From: Acutalibacteraceae bacterium
Lineage (GTDB): Bacteria > Bacillota > Clostridia > Oscillospirales > Acutalibacteraceae
DNA length: 64,000 bases
NCBI GenBank assembly: GCA_045635905.1
Contig: JAZTWN010000055.1
Coordinates: forward strand, 1,894-65,893
Direction: 5' to 3'
The position numbers and the translations under genes were made by a program. Of this stretch, positions 60,637 to 64,000 are shown piece by piece (positions within the stretch are counted from its first letter, which is position 1; each line of letters opens with the position of its first letter). The notes beneath the pieces are model-generated. The model was not told where the DNA came from, did not search any database, and saw nothing but the letters and a program-made list of their open reading frames with translations.

Positions 60637-62055
60637 TTACTCCGCAATCTGCTGTGCAAATGCGTCTTCTTCCTTCTTGCCGATATTGTAGATAAATTTC
60701 ATTGAAAGGAATGCAACAAGTGAGCCTGCTGCAAGAAGAATAAAGTAGAGTGATTTTACCTTGTCACCGAAATCTGCTGCCTGTACGGCATTTTCACCCT
60801 CGATAAAGCCGATTGCTGAAAGACCGAGTGCAACAACTGCCTGACCGATACCCTGAGCAAGCTTACGGAAGAATGAATAAAGCGCATAAAGCGAGCCTTC
60901 CTCACTCTTGCCTGTCTGTCTGTAGGAAACCTCAATACAGTCGGCAATAATAGCCCACACGGAAATCTGGAAGCCTGCATTACCAAGGTTAAGTCCCATA
61001 AGGCATACAACGTAAAGAATCATACCTGTTGAATCGGGGGCAATGGGAAGCACAAGGGAAACAACACCTGAAATTGCACCAACAAGCATAGCCCCTACAA
61101 TAACTGCCTTCTTGCCGAATTTCTTTGTAAGCTTACCCATAAATGCCATAAAGATAACCATGGGAGCATAGCTTCCTACCATCGCAAGACCCATTTTTTC
61201 AGTATCGTGGAAGAAATACTGGAATACCATATTGTTAAGTGACATAGTTGAGTTGAAAAGCGCAACGGATGCAACAGATGCAATAGTAGCGCCGATCATA
61301 GCACGGTTTGTGAAGAAGGACTTTACAGAGGACATAATAGCCTTGAAGCCTACTGCATTATCCTCGGACTTGTGATTTACTCTCTCCTTAACAAGCTTTG
61401 TTGTGGCAAAGAATGCAACAAGTGCAACAATACCGAACACAAGAGCTACGGGAAGAAGTGAGGGTCCCTTGAGAACGTCAACAGGCTCACCAAGCTCGTT
61501 TGTCTTTGTTTCATATACAAGCTTGGGAAGCACAATCATAACGATGATACCGGGAAGAGCCGCACCGAGGCTTCTGAAGGTTGAAAGTGAAACCTTCTGC
61601 TGAGGGTCGTCTGTAATAACAGAATGAAGAGAGCCGTAGGGCACGTTTACCATTGTATAGGCAATTGACCAAAGGCAATATGCACCAAGACACCAGATGT
61701 ATTTACCCCACCGTGAAAAGCCCTGTACGGGGGCAAAAAGCATAACGTTGAAGATAATAAGAGTAACGCCGCCCAGAAGTATCCAGGGCATATACTTACT
61801 CTTTTTACCGATTCTCTTTGTATCAACAAGATTACCGATAACAATATCGTTTATTGCGTCGAAAATTTTGGAAAGAAGAATAATAATTGCATAAGCGCCT
61901 TCTTCAATGCCGATATACTGCATATAGAAAAGCTGCATATATGTTGATACGAGCTGGAAGGAAAAATTACAACCCATATCACCCATTGAGTAACCGATTT
62001 TGTCAGCCCAGCCGAAGGGGCGGATGCTGCCTTGCTTTTTCTGTAAATCGCTCAT
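60637..62055 (-). CDS. MFS glycoside-pentoside-hexuronide (GPH):cation symporter family transporter
   Basis: KIGYSMGDMGCNFSFQLVSTYMQLFY and DAINDIVIGNLVDTKR are GPH-family N-terminal motifs. About 12 TM helices. I chose the ATG at 62055 (AGGAG 8 nt upstream) over the track start. Confidence 0.85.
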   Translation of the reverse strand: MSDLQKKQGSIRPFGWADKIGYSMGDMGCNFSFQLVSTYMQLFYMQYIGIEEGAYAIIILLSKIFDAINDIVIGNLVDTKRIGKKSKYMPWILLGGVTLIIFNVMLFAPVQGFSRWGKYIWCLGAYCLWSIAYTMVNVPYGSLHSVITDDPQQKVSLSTFRSLGAALPGIIVMIVLPKLVYETKTNELGEPVDVLKGPSLLPVALVFGIVALVAFFATTKLVKERVNHKSEDNAVGFKAIMSSVKSFFTNRAMIGATIASVASVALFNSTMSLNNMVFQYFFHDTEKMGLAMVGSYAPMVIFMAFMGKLTKKFGKKAVIVGAMLVGAISGVVSLVLPIAPDSTGMILYVVCLMGLNLGNAGFQISVWAIIADCIEVSYRQTGKSEEGSLYALYSFFRKLAQGIGQAVVALGLSAIGFIEGENAVQAADFGDKVKSLYFILLAAGSLVAFLSMKFIYNIGKKEEDAFAQQIAE

Positions 62056-62127
62056 TTTTTCAACTCCTGCAATATAAAAATAGTATAACCGACGGAAAAT
62101 CAACTGCTTCCGACTCCGATTATTTAC

Positions 62128-62156
62128 ATTCTACAATAGATATCAGTAAAAGGCAA
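62128..62156 (-). promoter_or_regulatory. Candidate sigma70 promoter (TTGCCT-17-TAGAAT) for the GPH transporter gene
   Basis: On the minus strand, TTGCCT (62156-62151), a 17-nt spacer and TAGAAT (62133-62128) lie about 70 nt upstream of the ATG. Confidence 0.4.
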
Positions 62157-62200
62157 TAGAAAAAATATGCCGTTTAAAGTATTATTAAAAAATATGATAC

Positions 62201-62737
62201 TTAATCACCGTAGATAATTTTTCCAGCGTGAAGCAATACGGGCAGCTCTCTTCTGTAAATAAGTCTTCCGAGCCTTGTTTGTGAGCAGCGCTCATATTCC
62301 CGTACGGCATCCTCATACTTAAGCTTCAGTGTCGAAAGATGAAAGCTTTCCTTCTCATCCCACGTAAGGCTTCTTTCTCCGAAGGAAACCACCCTGCAAA
62401 GGAAATAGTTATTCAGATTGTGCCTGTGAATAAGATTATAATAATCACTAACAACACCTATTTTACAAAGCACCTCAACCTCTGCACCTAGCTCCTCCTG
62501 AAGCTCACGCACAATGGCAGAATAAAGCTCCTCCCCTGCTTCAACTCCGCCGCCTGCGGTTTCAATAAGCACTGCTCTGCCGAAATCATCGTCGCGGTCC
62601 ACACGGACAAAATAGAAATATCCCTCATCGTCAAAAACAATCGCTCTTACTATTTCACGGTCGTGGTCAATATATTCATTTTCCCATTGATCATCCTGAA
62701 ATGACAGCATCAGCTCCTGAAAATTTTCGGTCATCAT
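62201..62737 (-). CDS. NUDIX hydrolase
   Basis: Nudix box GGGVEAGEELYSAIVRELQEELG (GX5EX7REUXEEXGU). I chose the start at the MM pair (62737/62734), downstream of AAGGAG. Confidence 0.8.
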   Translation of the reverse strand: MMTENFQELMLSFQDDQWENEYIDHDREIVRAIVFDDEGYFYFVRVDRDDDFGRAVLIETAGGGVEAGEELYSAIVRELQEELGAEVEVLCKIGVVSDYYNLIHRHNLNNYFLCRVVSFGERSLTWDEKESFHLSTLKLKYEDAVREYERCSQTRLGRLIYRRELPVLLHAGKIIYGD

Positions 62738-62824
62738 AAAGCTCCTTAATAGAATTTGTATAAATTGTAGCATATTATTATAAAAATTTCTACACCACTT
62801 GCAGAGATAACGGAGATATTTATA

Positions 62825-62853
62825 TTGATTAATTTTTTTACCTGATGCATAAT
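62825..62853 (+). promoter_or_regulatory. Candidate sigma70 promoter (TTGATT-17-CATAAT) for the alpha-galactosidase-like gene
   Basis: TTGATT at 62825-62830, a 17-nt spacer, and CATAAT at 62848-62853, which is 35 nt upstream of the ATG. Confidence 0.4.
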
Positions 62854-62888
62854 TAACCTATAACAGCTTTCTGAAGAGAGGATAAAAA

Positions 62889-64000
62889 ATGAAAATTGAT
62901 ATAAAGGCATTTACCTCCAAAATAATCTGCGAAAACGAGGTTACCGATGCCGTAATTGAGGCTGAGGCTAAAGAAAAGGAGCTTGAGCTTTATATACAGG
63001 CCTCTGCCGATAAGCCCGAATTCATCGAGCTTCACTGGCAGGCTGATACAGATGACGGTATTTTTGTTCTTGGTGACGCGTGGGAAAGAAGCTACGGTGA
63101 GCTTGAATTCAGAAAAATCTCAGACAACGAAAGATTTATGCCCTGGTATTTTATTGCGTCAGACAAATGCACCTCCTTCTGCTTCGGCGTAAAAACCGGT
63201 ACCGGCTCATTCGTAAGCTTCCGCTATGACAAAAACGGAATTACCGCTCTCGTTGACATAAGAAACGGCGGCAGCGGCGTTCATCTTGAAGGCAGAAGGC
63301 TTCTTGCGGCTACCTTTATTTACGAGGAATACTCCACTGCGGATATAATGGTAAATCTGCACGATTTCTGCAAAAAAATGTGTCCCTCTCCCCGTCTTCC
63401 CAAGGAAAAAATCTACGGCGGCAACAACTGGTATTATGCCTACGGCGACAGCTGCTATGAACAGATCGTTTCCGACGCGAGGCTTCAGGCAAAGCTTTCA
63501 GAGGGCATTGACAACAAGCCCTTCGAGGTGGTTGACGACTGCTGGTCAGTAAACGATACCGAAGGTCCCTGGCTTCCTAATGAAAAATTCAGAGATATGA
63601 AAAAGCTCGCTTCGGAAATAAAGTCACTCGGCGTCCGTCCCGGAATATGGCTTCGTCCCCTGCACAACAAGGATGAGGCTATTACCGCTGATATGAGAAT
63701 TCTCCGTGAGGATGAAAGGCTTTATCTTGACCCTACCCACCCCGATGTGCAGACATATCTCAGAGCTGATATTGAAAGAATCAGAGAATGGGGCTACGAG
63801 CTTATAAAGCACGATTTTTCAACGGTTGACCTCTTCGGTGATTACGGTGCAAGCCTCGATGCCACAATCACAAACATAAAGGACTGGCATTTTTACGACA
63901 AGACAAAAACAAATGCCGAAATCGTACTTGATTTCTACAGATTGCTAAGGGACGCTGCAAGTGATATGCTTATTATAGGCTGCAACACCGTTTCTCATCT
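62889..64000 (+). CDS. Clan GH-D (GH27/GH36-like) alpha-galactosidase-family glycoside hydrolase, N-terminal ~370 aa (runs off the window)
   Basis: My own translation from the ATG at 62889 (GAGAGGA RBS) reads MKIDIKAFTSKIICENE... and stays open to 64000. It contains VVDDCWS (the DDCW motif of GH27), GIWLRP, and YELIKHDFS (a K-x-D nucleophile-type motif). It is absent from the ORF track because it is truncated. Confidence 0.55.
   Translation, partial: MKIDIKAFTSKIICENEVTDAVIEAEAKEKELELYIQASADKPEFIELHWQADTDDGIFVLGDAWERSYGELEFRKISDNERFMPWYFIASDKCTSFCFGVKTGTGSFVSFRYDKNGITALVDIRNGGSGVHLEGRRLLAATFIYEEYSTADIMVNLHDFCKKMCPSPRLPKEKIYGGNNWYYAYGDSCYEQIVSDARLQAKLSEGIDNKPFEVVDDCWSVNDTEGPWLPNEKFRDMKKLASEIKSLGVRPGIWLRPLHNKDEAITADMRILREDERLYLDPTHPDVQTYLRADIERIREWGYELIKHDFSTVDLFGDYGASLDATITNIKDWHFYDKTKTNAEIVLDFYRLLRDAASDMLIIGCNTVSH

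Noticed and set aside
1-64000. A search for mobile-element or prophage boundaries (integrase, transposase, tRNA attachment sites, long direct repeats) that might explain the accessory character of the region.
   Set aside because: None were found by reading all six frames of the track and the intergenic regions. The only long repeats are intragenic (Pmp super-repeats) or dockerin-coding segments.

Overview
This 64-kb window comes from a moderate/low-GC anaerobic Firmicute. It is most likely a Ruminococcus-type (Oscillospiraceae) gut or rumen bacterium: two huge secreted proteins carry type-I dockerins with the DARL(V/A/I)LRASVGLE helix, RBSs are GGAGG-like, and there are many GH genes. No rRNA, tRNA, CRISPR, transposase or integrase was found.

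Layout:
(1) 1-24028, all minus strand: a ~24-kb Wzy-dependent EPS/capsule locus. It encodes a monocistronic epimerase, a CpsB-type phosphatase, an Ig-like membrane protein, two tandem fused Wzz/BY-kinases with Tyr-rich tails, and a PglK-like ABC exporter. It also encodes PglF/PglE/PglC-like genes, a TviB/TviC-like pair, Wzy and about 9 glycosyltransferases. The distal GT/Wzy block is visibly AT-richer.
(2) 24263-33110: a divergent PqqD <-> HprK-like / radical-SAM-SPASM cassette. It is translationally coupled to a 2,056-aa secreted vWA protein and ends in a strongly initiated 77-aa Cys-containing peptide plus terminator. This is my best candidate for an undescribed system.
(3) 33152-41392, minus strand: a tight 5-gene operon of GH38 mannosidase, Eis-like GNAT, GH3-family adenylating amido synthetase, HxxxDG condensation-like acyltransferase and TraX. 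This is a second candidate: a carrier-protein-free acylation cassette.
(4) 41545-56434, minus strand: two dockerin proteins. One is a 3,592-aa Pmp-repeat beta-helix giant with an N-terminal dockerin and ~1.4-1.56-kb super-repeats. The other is a 1,363-aa PLD-like/Big_2/LamG/metallophosphoesterase protein.
(5) 56662-64000: glycan and MurNAc salvage genes (GH29 fucosidase, MurK-like kinase, MurQ, P-loop kinase, GPH symporter, NUDIX, alpha-galactosidase-like fragment).

The supplied ORF track renders TTG/GTG starts as M. I re-set several starts to downstream ATG/TTG/GTG codons that have proper RBSs. All functional calls rest on motifs read by eye; no database search was run.
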